Positions 13,001 to 28,000 of a DNA stretch of 63,150 bases are shown in pieces. Where the stretch lies: positions 1 to 63,150 of the forward strand of contig JBFLXS010000001.1 of assembly GCA_040755795.1 (NCBI GenBank), given 5' to 3'. How positions within the stretch are numbered: the stretch's first letter is position 1; each line of letters starts with the position of its first letter. The DNA comes from a bacterium (GTDB lineage Bacteria; UBA9089; CG2-30-40-21; SBAY01). The notes under the pieces were generated by a model, which saw only the letters and a program-made list of their open reading frames with translations, did not search any database and had not been told where the DNA came from. Both the position numbers and the translations under genes were made by a program.

Positions 13001-16000
13001 AGAATAACCGTTACCTGTTATGGTCACTTGAGTGCCTACAGAACCACTTGTTGGAGATACACTTATAATATTAGGTTTGATTGAGAAGGAGAAGGTACTT
13101 GTTGCCCTTTGTTCAGGACGGAATATACTTATCCCAATTATTGTTGTTGTTCCATAAGGTTGAGTATCTACCGTAAAGGATGTGGTAAATGAACCACTTG
13201 CTTCTGAAGTAAGCGTAGTAATTGTAGAATTAATACCAAACGCAATTCTTAATGCCTCACTCTTACCAAATCCATTACCATAAACTGTTACTTGACTCCC
13301 TACCGTTCCAAAAGTAGGATTAACACCCGTAATCTTAGGTATAATCTTAAAGTAACTAAATGCAGAATGTTGTGTTTGTGTGCCTATTGCCTCTACAGTA
13401 GTAGAACCATAAGGTTGGACATTTACTTTAAAGAAAGTAGTAATTGTTCCTATATTAGATGACTCCAATAACACATCATCAATATAAGGTGTTTGTCCAA
13501 AATGTATCCTTACTAGCTCTGTTGGTCCGAATCCATTTCCTTCTATAGTCACCGTTACACCTACCGTGCCGATTGATGGCGTAACAGAGGTAATATTAGG
13601 TATTATCTTATAGGACTTTGTAGATACTCTTCCACTATTCATCCCTGTAATTGTTACTGTCTTAGTTCCATAAACCTGAGTATTTACCGTAAATGTTGTA
13701 GCAAATGTTCCCACCCCTGAAGTAGAAACAGTAGTAATGCTTTCCGTATTGCCAAAATCTACCTCTATTAATTCACTTTCACCATATCCTGTGCCTTGAA
13801 TAGTTACAAAACTCCCTACTGTTCCCTGCATTGGGATAAACATAGGAATATCTATCTCTATTATAAACAATTTATCTGCTTTATGATTTACTATATCCTG
13901 CAAGCCATAGGCAGTTATCGTCTTTGTTCCATAGAATTGAGTATCTATAGTAAAGGTAGTATTGAATGTGCCACCTGTTGAATTTATAGTCACCAGAGTA
14001 ATAGTTTGCGTCGTTCCAAAATCAATCCTGATTTGTTCATTAGCACCATACCCTGTCCCTTCAACACTTACTATACTCCCCACCGAACCACAAGAAGGTG
14101 TAATAGTTATCTTAGAAGTGATAATGAAGATATTTTCTGCCTTCACTCTTTCTGGATTAGGATCCATCCCTCTAACGAGAACAGTAGTAATTCCATAAGG
14201 TTGTGAACTAACGGTAAACTGAATAGTAAATGTCCCATTTTCTGATGCTAAAGATTGTCCGCTATATGGATGTACTTGTGTATTACCAAAATCCAATCGA
14301 ATGATATCGCTTACTTTATATCCATCACCCATTACAGTAACGCCTGTTCCAACTGTCCCGGTTGGCGGTAAAACAGAAAATACCTTTGGCAAAATCTTGC
14401 AATAATTATACGCTACTACGGTTGAAGTAATACCATACGCCTTTATCGTATGTGTTCCCCATCTCTGCTTATTTATAGTAAAGACAGCGGTAAATGTGCC
14501 AAAGGCATCAGGTGTAGCGGTAGTAATAGTCAATCTCGTTCCAAAATCTATCTGAACTGTTTCGCTTGTCTTATAACCCATACCTCTAACCGTAATAGAT
14601 GTTCCTACTGTCCCTTGCTGTGGTGAAACAAAGAAAATAGTAGGTTTAACCGTAAATGTCCCTGTATCTGATGTTTGTGAAGTAAGACCATAAGCACGAA
14701 TAGTGGTTATACCCTGCGGTTGAGTATCTACCGTAAAGATAGCGGTGAATGTCCCATTGACATTAGCACTTGTGGTAGTAATAGTACGGGTAGTGCCAAA
14801 GTCAATCTGCACAAGCTCACTTTGACCAAATCCATCACCAGTAACAGTTACTAAATCACCTATTGTCCCTGCTGGTGGTACTATTTGAGTAATATGTCCT
14901 ATTATACTGAAGACAGTAGATGTAGCCCTTACATAAGGACGCGAGTAATTAAAAGCAATTATTGTAGTAGTTCCTGCAGGTTGAGGAATGTTAATGACAA
15001 AGGTTACATTTGTAAATGTTCCCCAATCTCCCCCATTAACATACCCTCCTGTTATTAGTGGTATTGTTCCAAAATCAATTTGAATCGAACTAGCACCTGA
15101 CCAGAAACCATCACCACTTATGGTTACTGTTGTTCCTACGGTTCCTTTGGTTGGTGTTACATTATAAATTCTTGGAACTAATGTAAATGAAATGGTTGCA
15201 ACACGATTAGACTCAAGTCCTGTAACAGTAACTATCTTTGGACTGGGATTATAACTTTGATTATCTACGGTAAATGTAGTCGAGAATGAACCATAAGCAT
15301 CTGTTGAGGTCATTGTAATGGTCTTTGTTGTCCCAAAGTCTATTTTAATCGATTCTGACTGTCCAAAACCATTACCCGTTATGGTTATAATAGTAGTAAT
15401 AGGTGTTCTATCAGGGGTAATAAGGGTAATATTAGAAAGTATATCAAATACCTTGAACGCCATCTGACCACTATTTAATCCTTGAGCAGTAATAGTAGTA
15501 GTCCCATATCGTTGTGTATCAATAGTAAATGTAGTTGAGAATGAACCATTGAAACTGGTAGAAGTAAAGGTAATTGTTCGGGTAGTGCCAAAGTGGATAT
15601 GGATTAACTCAGATACCCCAAAACCATTACCTGCAACAGTAATAATCTTACCTACGGTCCCTGATAATGGTTCTACTAACCAGATTGCCGGTAAAATAGT
15701 AAATGTCGCCTCATCTGTTACTACCGTTGGCTGGGTTATATCAATAGCCTTAATAGTAGTAGTCCCGTATAATTGTGTATCTACTGTAAATGTGCAGGTC
15801 CAACTCCCTTCTGCATAAGTAGAGGTTAACTGAATAGTTTTAGTCGTGCCAAAATTAATCTGGATAGTAGTGCTTGCTCCAAACCCGTTACCTCTTACTG
15901 TCACTATCGTCCCTACTGTTGCCTTATCTGGACTAACCAGAATAATATTTGGTTCGATAGTAACTGTGCCATAAGCAGGATACTCAGATATCTGACCTGT

Positions 16001-19000
16001 TGCTTTAATAGTGGTAATACCATAAGGTTGCGTATCTATGGTAAATGTAGTAGTAAATGAACCTATTGAACTTGCGGTTACACTCTTGATACTATAACTA
16101 GTCCCAAAGTCAATCCGTATCCCCTCACTTGCCTCAAATCCATCACCTTCTAATCTCACAATAGTACCCACTGTGCCTGTCTTTGGACTGATTAAAGTAA
16201 TTGCCGTAATTATCTTGAATGAAGAAGCCGCTGTTCCTGCTACAGGACAAATGGCTAAAATAGTTGTAGAACCTAATGGTTGGGTATTCACAGTAAATGT
16301 AGCTGTAAATGTTCCATAGGCATCCGTGGTAACCTGTGTAATATTTGGGGTAGTTCCAAAATCAATCTGGATAGACTGAGTAGCCCTAAATCCACTACCT
16401 CTTACAGTAACAATTGTTCCTACAGGACCTTCAGAAAGTATTACTGAGAAAATATTCGGTTTGAAGAAGAAAATATTTTCTGGAAGTAAATCCGGTAGAC
16501 CAGTCTTAGAACATTTTATCTTAACCGTTGTGGTCCCATAAGGTTGTGCGTTAACCGTAAAGATTATTGTTGTAGAACCTATCGAATCTCCTGTATACGG
16601 TACACCGGTATAATCTTTATTAGTCCCAAAATCAATCCAAATATTGTCTGGAGTATCGTATAATCCATTAGCTGCAATAGTAATAACTGTCCCTACTGTC
16701 CCTGATTTAGGTGTTACCAACCAAACCGCTGGTTCTATCTTAAATGTATAGGTAGCAAATAAGCTTGTATTGAATTTATCCGTTATCTTCACATTCCAGG
16801 TCCCATACGGCTGGGTATTAGCGGTAAATACAGTTGAGAACGAACCATTTACCGCACTCCAGATAGTAACACTCAAAGTCTGCCCAAATTCTATCACTAT
16901 CTCTTTACTTGAACTAAAGCCATTACCCGCCACACTAATCGGTGTACCTACTGTTCCAAAGTCAGGTGTGTATAAAAATACTTTATGGAGAATCTTGCAC
17001 GAGATTGTAGCTGGCCAGGAAGATATAAGTCCTGTAGCCATAACCGTAGTCGTGCCATAAGGTTGAGCATCAATGGTAAATGTGGTGCTGAATGAACCAT
17101 AGGTATTGGCTGTTACTGTAGTTATCGTCTTGTTTGTGCCAAAATCTATCCCCACCAACTCACTGCTACTAAATCCATCACCGGTCAAGGTTACTACTGT
17201 CCCTACCGTTCCTTCTGTCGGCGTGATAGCGGTCAGATGTGTCAAAATACGATAAATATATCGTTCTGAGAAAACACCGCTACTCATACCCACTGCCTTG
17301 ATAGAGGTTGTGCCGTAAGGTTGTGTATTTACGGTGAATTTCACGCTAAAGCTACCCTGAGCATAAGTCGAGGTAGTGACAACCGTTGGTGATGAACCAA
17401 AGATAATATGCACTAACTCACTGGCACCAAAGCCATTACCTCGCACCGTCACAAAACTCCCTACTGTGCCTGAAGTTGGAGTAATGGAGAAGACATACGC
17501 ATTTATCGCTACCGTGCCTTTAGCAAATACCCCTGGTAATCCAAAAGCCTGAATAGTGGTAATCCCACGCGGCTGGGTATCTATTGTAAAGGTAGTAGTG
17601 AAACTACCCTCGGCATAGGTTGATGTCTGTTGAATCGTTGGAGTAATCCCAAAGGCTACACGAATAAGTGTGCTGGCATTAAACCCATTTCCTCTGATAG
17701 TAATGATTGTCCCTACACTTCCTTCGGTAGGACTGATATAAATAATATTCGGCAGGATAGTAAATGTGCCTTCTTTATTTGCAGAACCACTTGAAGCCTT
17801 AATGGTGGTTATTCCCCAGCTCTGTGTATCTACCGTAAAGGTAGTTGAGAAACTACCTTCTGCATAAGTTGATGTCAGACGAATATCTGTTTTGTTGCCA
17901 AAGTTGATACTAATAGTTGTCGAAGCCTCAAATCCATTGCCAGTAATGGTAATGGTTGTTCCCACCGTTCCTTCTGTCGGCGTAATCAAGGTAATATTAG
18001 GCAGGATAGTAAATGTGCCAGAAGCATCTTCACTACCGTGTGCCTTAATTGTCTTCACAGAGTATGGTTGAGTATCTACCGTAAATGTGGTTGTCCAGCT
18101 ACCTTCTGCATAAGTAGAAGTAGATTGAATACTTGCAGTTCTCCCAAAATCTATCCAGATGGCCTTTGATGCCCCAAAACCATTACCTCTCAAGGTAACT
18201 ATTGTTCCCACTGTCCCTGTCTTTGGACTAATCTGAATAATGTTTGGCGTAATTGCAATCGTGCCACAATCAGACTCATCGCCATGAGCAACAACCGTAG
18301 TTATGCCAAAAGGCTGGGTATCAATGGTAAATGTGGTGGTGAACGACCCACACCCTTCACTGGAAACCTGTTGAATGGTGATGGTGGTGCCAAAATCTAT
18401 CTTGATTGTCTTTGAAGCACCATAACCATTACCGCTGATAGTGATAATCGTTCCTACCGTTCCTTCAATTGGTGATAAATAAATAATCCTTGATTTAATA
18501 AAGAATGTCTTTTCTGCCTGGGTGACAGTTCCATAGCCAGTAACAGTTGTGCTACCATAGGGCTGGGTATCAATAGTAAAGGTGGTGGTGAAACTACCCT
18601 CGATAGATGTCTGTGTAGTCTGGATAGTTGGGCTTCTACCAAATCCTATACAAATATCTTCATTTGCCTTAAACCCATCACCTCTAACCGTAACTACAAT
18701 TCCAACCGTTCCTTCAGATGGCGTAACATAAACAATATTAGGTTTAATTAATACCTCAAGGTTCTCTGCCCCAAATCCTGATGAGCACCCGGTTGCTTTG
18801 ACAGTGGTCGAACCATACGGTTGGGTATCAATGGTAAATGTTGTTGTCCAGCTACCTTCTGCAACCGCAGAGACTACAGTAATCGTTTGTTTTGAACCAA
18901 AATCTATTCTCACTAATTCATTTGCCTGATACCCACCACCGCGCAAGGTTACGATTGTCCCAACCGTGCCTTGCATTGGAGTAACTGAAACCAATCCTGG

Positions 19001-22000
19001 CGTAATACGGAAGGTAACTGTAGCTACCTGTTGCCATGTAAATATACCCACCGCAGTAATCGTTGTTGTCCCTAAACTTTGAGTATCAATGGTAAATGTA
19101 GTGGTAAATGACCCATAGGCTTCAGTTGAAATAATGGTAATAGTCTTTGTATTGCCAAAGTGGATGTGTATCCCTTCAGTTGCCCCAAAACCATTACCGC
19201 TAACCGTAACTATACTTCCTACCGTCCCGGATAGTGGGGTAACCAATATAATATTTGGTTTAATGGTAAAGCTATTTGTCGCACTTACTAACTCACCATC
19301 TATCGTCTCAAAAGCAGTAATAGTTGTAGTTCCGTAAGGTTGTGTAGTAATAGTAAAGGTGGTAGTGAAGGAACCGTAGGCAGTTGTAGATACTGTTCTC
19401 AGATTAAGTGTTGTGCCAAAATCAAGTTGCACCGTAGTAGCACTTCCGTAACCATTACCCCTAACCGTAACAATTGTCCCTACTGTTCCCTCTGTAGGTG
19501 TAACCGCAAAGATAGCCGGCAGTATCTTGAATACCTTAGTTGCTACTTCTGGCAATCTACCCCGACCGGTAATTGTAGTTGTCCCAAACCGTTGTGTATT
19601 AATGGTAAAGATAACCGTAAAGCTACCACTTATATTCGCTGATACCTGAACAATGGTAGGTGTAGTGCCAAATGTTATGCTCACCGTTTCAGAAGATGAG
19701 AATCCGGTTGCTTTTATCGTAACAACTGTTCCCACTGTGCCTGAAGTAGGTGTTAATAACCAAATTTCAGGCAGAATATAGAAAGTACTTGTTGCCCTAT
19801 TGCCATATCCCTGTCCATATTCAATTGCTACGATAGTCGTAGTTCCTGCTGGTTGCGTATCAATAGTAAAACTCCGTGTGAATGTTCCATTAATCGTAGT
19901 CGTTGTTGTAGGGGCATTAGTTTCATCGGTCATAGTCGTGCCAAAGGTAACAAATATATTTGTAGTTGCCAGGAATCCATCACCAAGGACCGTTATCAGT
20001 GTTCCCACTGTTCCTCTGGTGGGAGTTACTAAGCAAATATTGGGTAATATGGTAAATGTCTGTGTTCCTATCTGATTATTAGATAATGTTCCTGTGCCTA
20101 CGATTAATTTACCATCTCTTGTCTGGGCATTAACTGTAAACACACCGGTCAATGTCCCCCTTAATTCACCTGCGGTTATGGTTGCAATATTTTGAGTGCT
20201 ACCAAAACTTATTTGAACCTTATCATTTTTAGCATAACCATTGCCATAAAGTGTAACAATAGTCCCTACCGTTCCTTGAGTAGGTGAAACTTGATATAAT
20301 TTAGCCACGATACAGAAGGTATTGGTAGCCGCACGATGTTCTGTTGGAGCATTCTGTCCCACCACCACAATAGTCGGAGTCCCATAAGCCTGGGTATCTA
20401 CCGTAAATGTAGTATCAAATGAACCATTCCCTGAAGAAGTAGTCCAGCCAATACTCGTATACATACCAAATTCTATCTTAATTAGTTCACTGGCACCATA
20501 ACCATTCCCTTTCACTGTTACTTGTGAACCAACTGTCCCAGAAGTAGGTTGTATTTCAGTAATATTTGAAATAATATTAAATGTCCCAAAGGCTGAATCT
20601 GAAATAGGCGGAGTCCAAACGGTAATAGTTGTTATTCCATACGGTTGAGCATCAATCTTAAATACAGATGTAAATGTCCCCTCTCCAGTAGTATCTACTC
20701 CACTTTCTATAGAAATAGTTCTGTGATTACCAAAGTCAATCTGTATCCCCATTATAGGTCCATATCCTGTCCCACTTACTGTTACCGAAATTCCCACTGT
20801 CCCAAAGGGAGGTGAAACAAGTATAATATTAGGCATAATCTTAAACTTACCCACATCTTGTCGCTGAGTTCTTATACCATATACTCTGACCGTATGAGTG
20901 CCATAATATTGAGTATTTACTGTCCAGGTAGTTGAAAATGTTCCGTTTTCACTGGTAGTTACCTGTGTAATAGTAGAGGTATCTCCAAAATCAATCTGTA
21001 TTAATTCACTGCCACCATATCCATCACCTGTCACAGTAACTAAACTACCCACTGTCCCAAATGTAGGAGTAACTGAAGTAATATGGACATCTATACGGAA
21101 TTCCCAATTATCCTTCACAGAACTATGTCCTGATGAATCTATGGCAGTAATACTCTTTGTCCCAAAAACCTGAGTATCCACTGTCCAGGTAGTAGAGAAA
21201 CTCCCTTCTGCATAGGTTGAGGTAGTAGTTATTGTTTGATTAGCACCAAAGATAATACGAACTAATCCTGTAGATTCATAACCATTACCTCTAATAGTAA
21301 CAATAGAACCTACTGTCCCACAAAGTGGAGTAACATTAGTTACATTGGCTAATATAGTAAAGGTTCCATAAGAATTATTCTCACCAAGATCAGGCGTATA
21401 TCCATCTTTATGTCCTACTGCTTGAATAGTCGTTATTCCATACGGCTGGGTATTAATCTGAAAATCAAACATAAAGCTACCTGAAGAAGTAGTAGTAGTT
21501 CCAGGAGGAATATTTAATGTCTTGCCAAAATAAATGTAAATGTTAGAAAGAGGAGAATAATAACCATTACCATATACGGTTACCAAACTACCCACTGTCC
21601 CTTGAGCAGGTGTAACTAAAGTAAGTTTATGGGTTATCTTAAATGATGTATCTGTAGCAGTGGCATTAGATAGCACTCCTACGACTAAAATAGTGGTTAT
21701 ACCCCAGGGTTGTGTATCTACAGTAAATGTAGTCGTCCATGAACCGGCTGACTCGGCACTAATGATAGTAATTGTCGGATTTGTTCCAAAGGCTATCCGA
21801 ATTAATTCTGATGCCTGGTAACCAATACCTCTTATCGTTACCATTGACCCAACTGTCCCTTCTTTTGGTGTAACTAAAACAATACTTGTCTTGACATAGA
21901 AAGATGCGATGGCAAAGGTAATCCTATCAGTAGCCGTAATCGTATTAGAACCATAAGGTTGTGTATCTACTGTAAAGATGCAGGTAAATGTTCCCAGACT

Positions 22001-25000
22001 ACTACTACTTACGGTCATAATAGTCTTAGTTGTTCCAAAATCTATCTGAATCAATTCTGATGCACTAAAACCATTACCAGTAATAGTAACTCCTGTACCT
22101 ATTGTTCCATCCGATGGATATACTGAAGTAATTTTACCAATAATACCAAATATATTTTCTGCTAATTGTGTAGCTTCAGATATTGATTGAACAGTAATAG
22201 TAGTAGTCCCTGCTGATTGGGTTAAAATAGTAAATACAGCACTAAATGTACCTGCAAGAGAAGGATTGTCCTTATAAATTACAATTCTATTATAGGTAGG
22301 CTCAAAACCAGGCAATGCCGCTGATATTGGAATTGTCCGCAGGTTACCAAAATGAATAACTAATTTATTATCTGCCGTAGCTAAAGGATTACTCTTTCTA
22401 TATCCATCACCCCAAATAGTAACCACACTTCCAATCGTCCCTGATGTAGGGCTTACCTGCCATATTCTTGGAATTATGCAGAAGGTTTGAGTATGTGCCG
22501 CCCCTGACATATCCGAAGTAATAATAATATGTTGCGTCCCAAAAAGTTGAGTATCTGCTGTAAAGGTAACTGAAAAACTACCGCAGGCATCTGTTGAAGT
22601 CTGACTAATAGTAGAAGTTGTTCCAAATTTTATATAAATACCTTCAGTTTGTGCAAAACCGTTACCCGTAATGGTAATCAAAGTACTCACTATGCCACTG
22701 GTAGGTGTAGAAAGTGTAATATCTGATTTAATAAAGAATGTAGAAGTCGCTATTTTACCGCTATTCAAACCAGTGACAACAATAGTCGTTGCACCATAGG
22801 GTTGAGTATCAATACTAAAGGTAGTTGAAAATGACCCGGAGGGAGTCGTCGTAGCATACGATACCGTCTGCGTGGTACCAAACTTAATATGTATCTGTTC
22901 GGTAATTCCAAATCCTGTCCCAATTATAGTAACTTTTGTATTTACAGTCCCGGTATCAGGTGTAACTAAATGAATATTAGGTAAGAGATTATAAGTGCCT
23001 GTATTTTCTACTACTGAACAACTCAAATCTTGTGCCTTAATCGTCTTAATACCATAAGGTTGGGTATTAACCGTAAAGGTAGTGCTAAATGAACCTTGTG
23101 CCGCAGAGGTAATGGTAGTAATAGAAGGAGTTGTCCCAAAATGAATATAGATAAGGTGTGTCGCCCCAAACCCATTCCCGGCTACGGTAACAATACTACC
23201 TACTGTCCCGGAAGTTGGAGTAATCGAGAAGATATTTGGTTGGATAACAAATATCCTTTCTTCTGCAGAGATATTCGATTTAATATCCGTAGCCTTAACA
23301 GTCGTGCTACCATAAGGTTGAGTATTAATAGTAAAGGTTGTAGTAAATGACCCGGTGAAAGATGCACTCGCAGTAGTAATAGTATTTGTAGTTCCAAACT
23401 TTATTCGCACCCGCTCATTAGCAGTAAATCCAGAACCTTGTATAGTAACTATTGTCCCTACTGAACCTCTCGTTGGCGTTATATCTACTATATATGGAAT
23501 TATCCTAAAGAATATCGTTTGTGTTCCTACTGGAGTAGATGCGATAGCAAGGATAGTTGCAGTTCCTAACGGCTGTGTATCTACGGTAAAGGTAATGGTG
23601 AAACTACCTAATATATCTGTTGAGGTAAGAACTATACTGGGAGTCGTCCCAAAATCAATCTGAATATTCTTTGTTGCCTCATAACCATCACCATATAATG
23701 TTACTACCATCCCTACAGAACCTTCAGTAGGTGTAACCCAGGTATGTGGTTTAATGACGAATTTCTCTTCGGCAAAGATAAGAGTTTGACTGGCTATTAC
23801 ACTTATAGTTCCATAAGGTTGAGTTTCTAACTTATGTATCTGGTCCGCCGGAAAACTACCATCAGAATTCATTAAAAATGCATCAGCATAATAAGAAGTT
23901 ATACCTAAAACAATCCAACTTACTTGACCACCACCAAATCCATTACCATTTACAGTAATCATCCTTCCAATTGTTCCTTCAGTTGGCGTAACTAAGAATA
24001 GATGTGGCAGGATACCAAAGCTACTTGTAGCCTCGATATTTGAATCTGTTGTATCCCTGGCAGTAATAGTAAATGTCCCAAACGGCTGAATCGGTGCTGT
24101 AAATGTCGTTGAGAATGAACCATAAGCAGTCACCGAATTTGTTCCTAACTCTATAGTTTGTGGATTATTGTTTATACTCACCCCTGCCCAGGTTATCTGC
24201 ACATAACTCCCTGTCCCAAAGCCATTACCCGCAACAGTAACTATCGTCCCTACCGTCCCTTGTGCTGGAGTTACTTGATAGATATTGGGCAGAATAGTAA
24301 ATGGCCTTGATGTTGAGATAGGATTGCCCTGATATGCTGTCACTGTCGTTGTCCCGTAAGGTTGGGTATCTACGGTAAATGTGGTTGAGAAACTACCTTC
24401 GGCATAGGTTGAGGTCAGGGTCAAAGTCGGTGTTGTGCCAAAGATAATGCGGATGGATTGACTTGCACCATAGCCATTACCAGCAATAGTAACGATACTC
24501 CCTACTGTGCCTGATGTTGGTGTCAATGCAATAATCGTCTGCAATATCCTCACTGTCAGGTTATCTGCCACCCCTTGTGAACTACAACCTGTTGCCCGGA
24601 CAGTTGTCGTGCCGTACGGTTGCGTATCAATCGTAAATGTCGTGGTAAAGCTACCTTGAGAATCAGCCGAAACCGTAGTAATACTTATCGTCCTACCAAA
24701 ATCAACCCTGACTAATTCATTTTCTTTGTAACCAATACCGCGTAAAGTAACAATTGTGCCTACCGTCCCTTCGCTGGGCGTAACTGAGTCTAACTGCGGG
24801 CTAATGACAAAGTAGGTTTGTGTAGCGGCTTGCGTCTGCATACCAACCGCTAAGACAGTCGTTGTCCCCAGTGGTTGAGTATTTACCGTGAATGTGGTTG
24901 AGAACGACCCAAAGGCAGTTGAAGTAACTTTTGTAATCGTCCTGGTAGTGCCAAATAGTATATGTATTGACTCACTTGCCCCGTAGCCATTACCAGAAAC

Positions 25001-28000
25001 CGTAACAATCCGCCCTATTGTTCCACTCATTGGGATGGGAGCAAATATCTGCGGCAATATCTTAAATGTCCTGGTAGCAGAGTCTAATCTGCCATATCCG
25101 GTAATCGTGGTAGTACCGTAAGGTTGGGTATTGATAGTAAATCTTGTGCTGAAACTACCATTGACATTGGCGGAAACCTGAGTAATAGTTGGTGTTGTGC
25201 CAAATGCTATCCTCACCGTCTCAGATGATGAATATCCGGTTGCCTCAATAGTGATTATCGTGCCTACCGTTCCCTGAAGTGGACTTACAAACCAGATTTG
25301 AGGTAGGATGTAGAAGGTACTTGTTGCCCTCCCACCAAGACCTGTAGGATATTCAATCGCTACTATAGTCCTCGTCCCTGCGGGTTGAGTATCAACAGTA
25401 AAGTATTTTGTAAATTCCCCTGAAATGGTAGTCGTCCCGCGTAGATCTATGTCGTCATAACTTGTTCTACTTGTTCCAAAGGTAACATAAATCTCTACTG
25501 ATGCTCTATATCCATTGCCTTGAATAGTTATTCTTGTCCCAACCGTTCCAGTATTAGGTGATACTGAATAGACATTAGGTAAAATCCTGAATGTTTGTGT
25601 TCCTATCTGATGAGATATAGTTCCTGTCCCAACCACTAATTTATCATCAGGCACATCTCTTGGTTGTGTATTAACCGTAAATACACCTGTTAATGTCCCT
25701 GTTAATCCATTTGCAGTTAAAGTAGCAATATTTTGAGTGCTACCAAAACTTATCTGAACTGGCTCAGCTTTAGCATAACCATTCCCATAAAGTGTAACCT
25801 TAGTTCCTACCGTCCCTGCAGTAGGTGAAATTTGATATAATTTGGCGGTGATACAGAAATCGGTGGTATTAGTGGCACGATGTTCTGCTGGAAGATTAGT
25901 GCCTATAGCAACAATAGTAGTTGAACCATACGCCTGTGTATCAACAGTAAATGTCCCTACAAATGAACCATCTGCCAAAGATGTTATTACCCCAATACTC
26001 GTATGCATACCAAATTGTATTGTAATTGGTTCAGTCGCACCATAACCATCTCCTTTAACTGTTACTTGTGACCCAACTGTCCCATAATTAGGAGTAACCT
26101 CTCTAATTCTTGAGGTAATGGCAAAAGTCCCTATAGATGATACAGGATTATTAACACCTCTTGCTGTTATTGTAGTGATTCCATAAGGTTGAGTGGTAAT
26201 GACAAAGGTAAGAGTAAAACTACCCTTATTATCTGTATTCGGGTCAAAAGGTTCTGTAACTACTGTTCTTTGTGTCCCAAAATCAATCTTTATTCTCTCT
26301 AAACCGTCAGGATAACCATTACCTTTTACTGTTATGGTAGTCCCGACTGTGCCTTTTTGAGGACTAATGTAGATAATATTAGGCATAATCTTAAACTCAT
26401 CTGTATCTTCCCGCTGTTTATTTATGCCATACGCCCTAACCGTATGAGTTCCATAATGTTGAGTATCTACTGTCCATGTAATTGAAAATGTCCCTCTGCC
26501 ACTGGTACTTATTTGAGTAATAGTCGCGGTACTTCCAAAATCAATCTGAATTAATTCACTTCCACCATATCCATCACCGGTTACAGTAACCAAACTTCCA
26601 ACTGTCCCTGATTTAGGAGTAACTAAAGTAATATGAACATCTATTCTATATGTCCCCTCTACCTCTGCATGATGTCCTGATGTATCTACCGCAGTTATTG
26701 TCTTGGTACCAAAACTCTGTGTATCTACGGTAAATGTAGTTGCGAAACTACCCATAGGACTTGCAGTTATAGTTGTAATAGTCAAATTATTCCCAAATTC
26801 TATTCTTACACTCTGACTTGCTCCAAATCCCTCACCTGTAATAGTAACAAAAGAACCTACTGTACCGAATAATGGCGTAAGGCTACTTATATTAGCTAAT
26901 ATAGTAAATGTCCCATAAGAATTTGGTCCTATTAAATGACCCAAAACATCATTTTTACCACGAGCCTGAACAGTAATTATCCCATAAGGTTGAGTATCAA
27001 CAGTAAAGGTAATGGCAAATGTCCCCATTCCATTAGAATTACCTGTAACAATTGGAGATGAGTCAGAATCTTTATTCCCAAAACCAATCCGCATATCACA
27101 GGTCGGATAATAACCATTACCAAACACCGTTACCCGACTCCCTACTGTTCCAGAAAGAGGTGAAACAATAGTAAGTTTATGAGTTATCGTAAATGTAGCT
27201 GTAGCAGTGGCATTAGAATTCATCCCCACAGCAAGAATAGTAGTATTACCATACGGTTGAGTATCTATGGTAAAGGTAGTAGTGAAACTCCCTTCTGCTA
27301 CTGCACTAACAGTAGTAATAGTATTATTATTACCAAAGGCTATCCGAATTAATTCTGATGCCTGATACCCTACGCCTCGAATAGTAACAATAGTTCCCAC
27401 AGTTCCTGTCTGTGGTGAAGGAGCTGTAATACTTGTCTTAATATAGAAAGAAGCCGTAGCAGAGGCAATTCTACCTTGAGCAATAATAGTAGTTGCACCT
27501 ACCGGTTGAGTATCTACTGTAAAGGTACAACTAAATGTCCCAACATTACTACTACTTACTGTGGCTATAGTCCTGGTTGTCCCAAAATCTATCCTGATTA
27601 ACTCTGAGGCACTAAATCCATCACCCGTAACTGTTACTACCCAACCTACAGTTCCATCTTGAGGATTAACAAAGGTAATATTACCCGTAATAACAAATAT
27701 ATTTTCGCTATATTCCTTCTCTGCCCTGTATGATTGCACAGCAACCGTAGTTGTGCCTGCTGGTTGAGGTGAAGTAATGGTAAAGATAGCAGTAAATGTT
27801 CCAGAATCAGATGGATTTATCATCCCAGACACCAATCCCAGCGGTTCTGCCGCAGAAATGGTAATTGTTCTAATTGTTCCAAAATGAATGACTAAATAAT
27901 TCGGATTCGGCCAAACTTGCTTACTATATCCATCTCCTCGTATAGTTACTACCGTACCTATACTTCCCCAGGTAGGACTTACATAATGTATTCGCGGTAA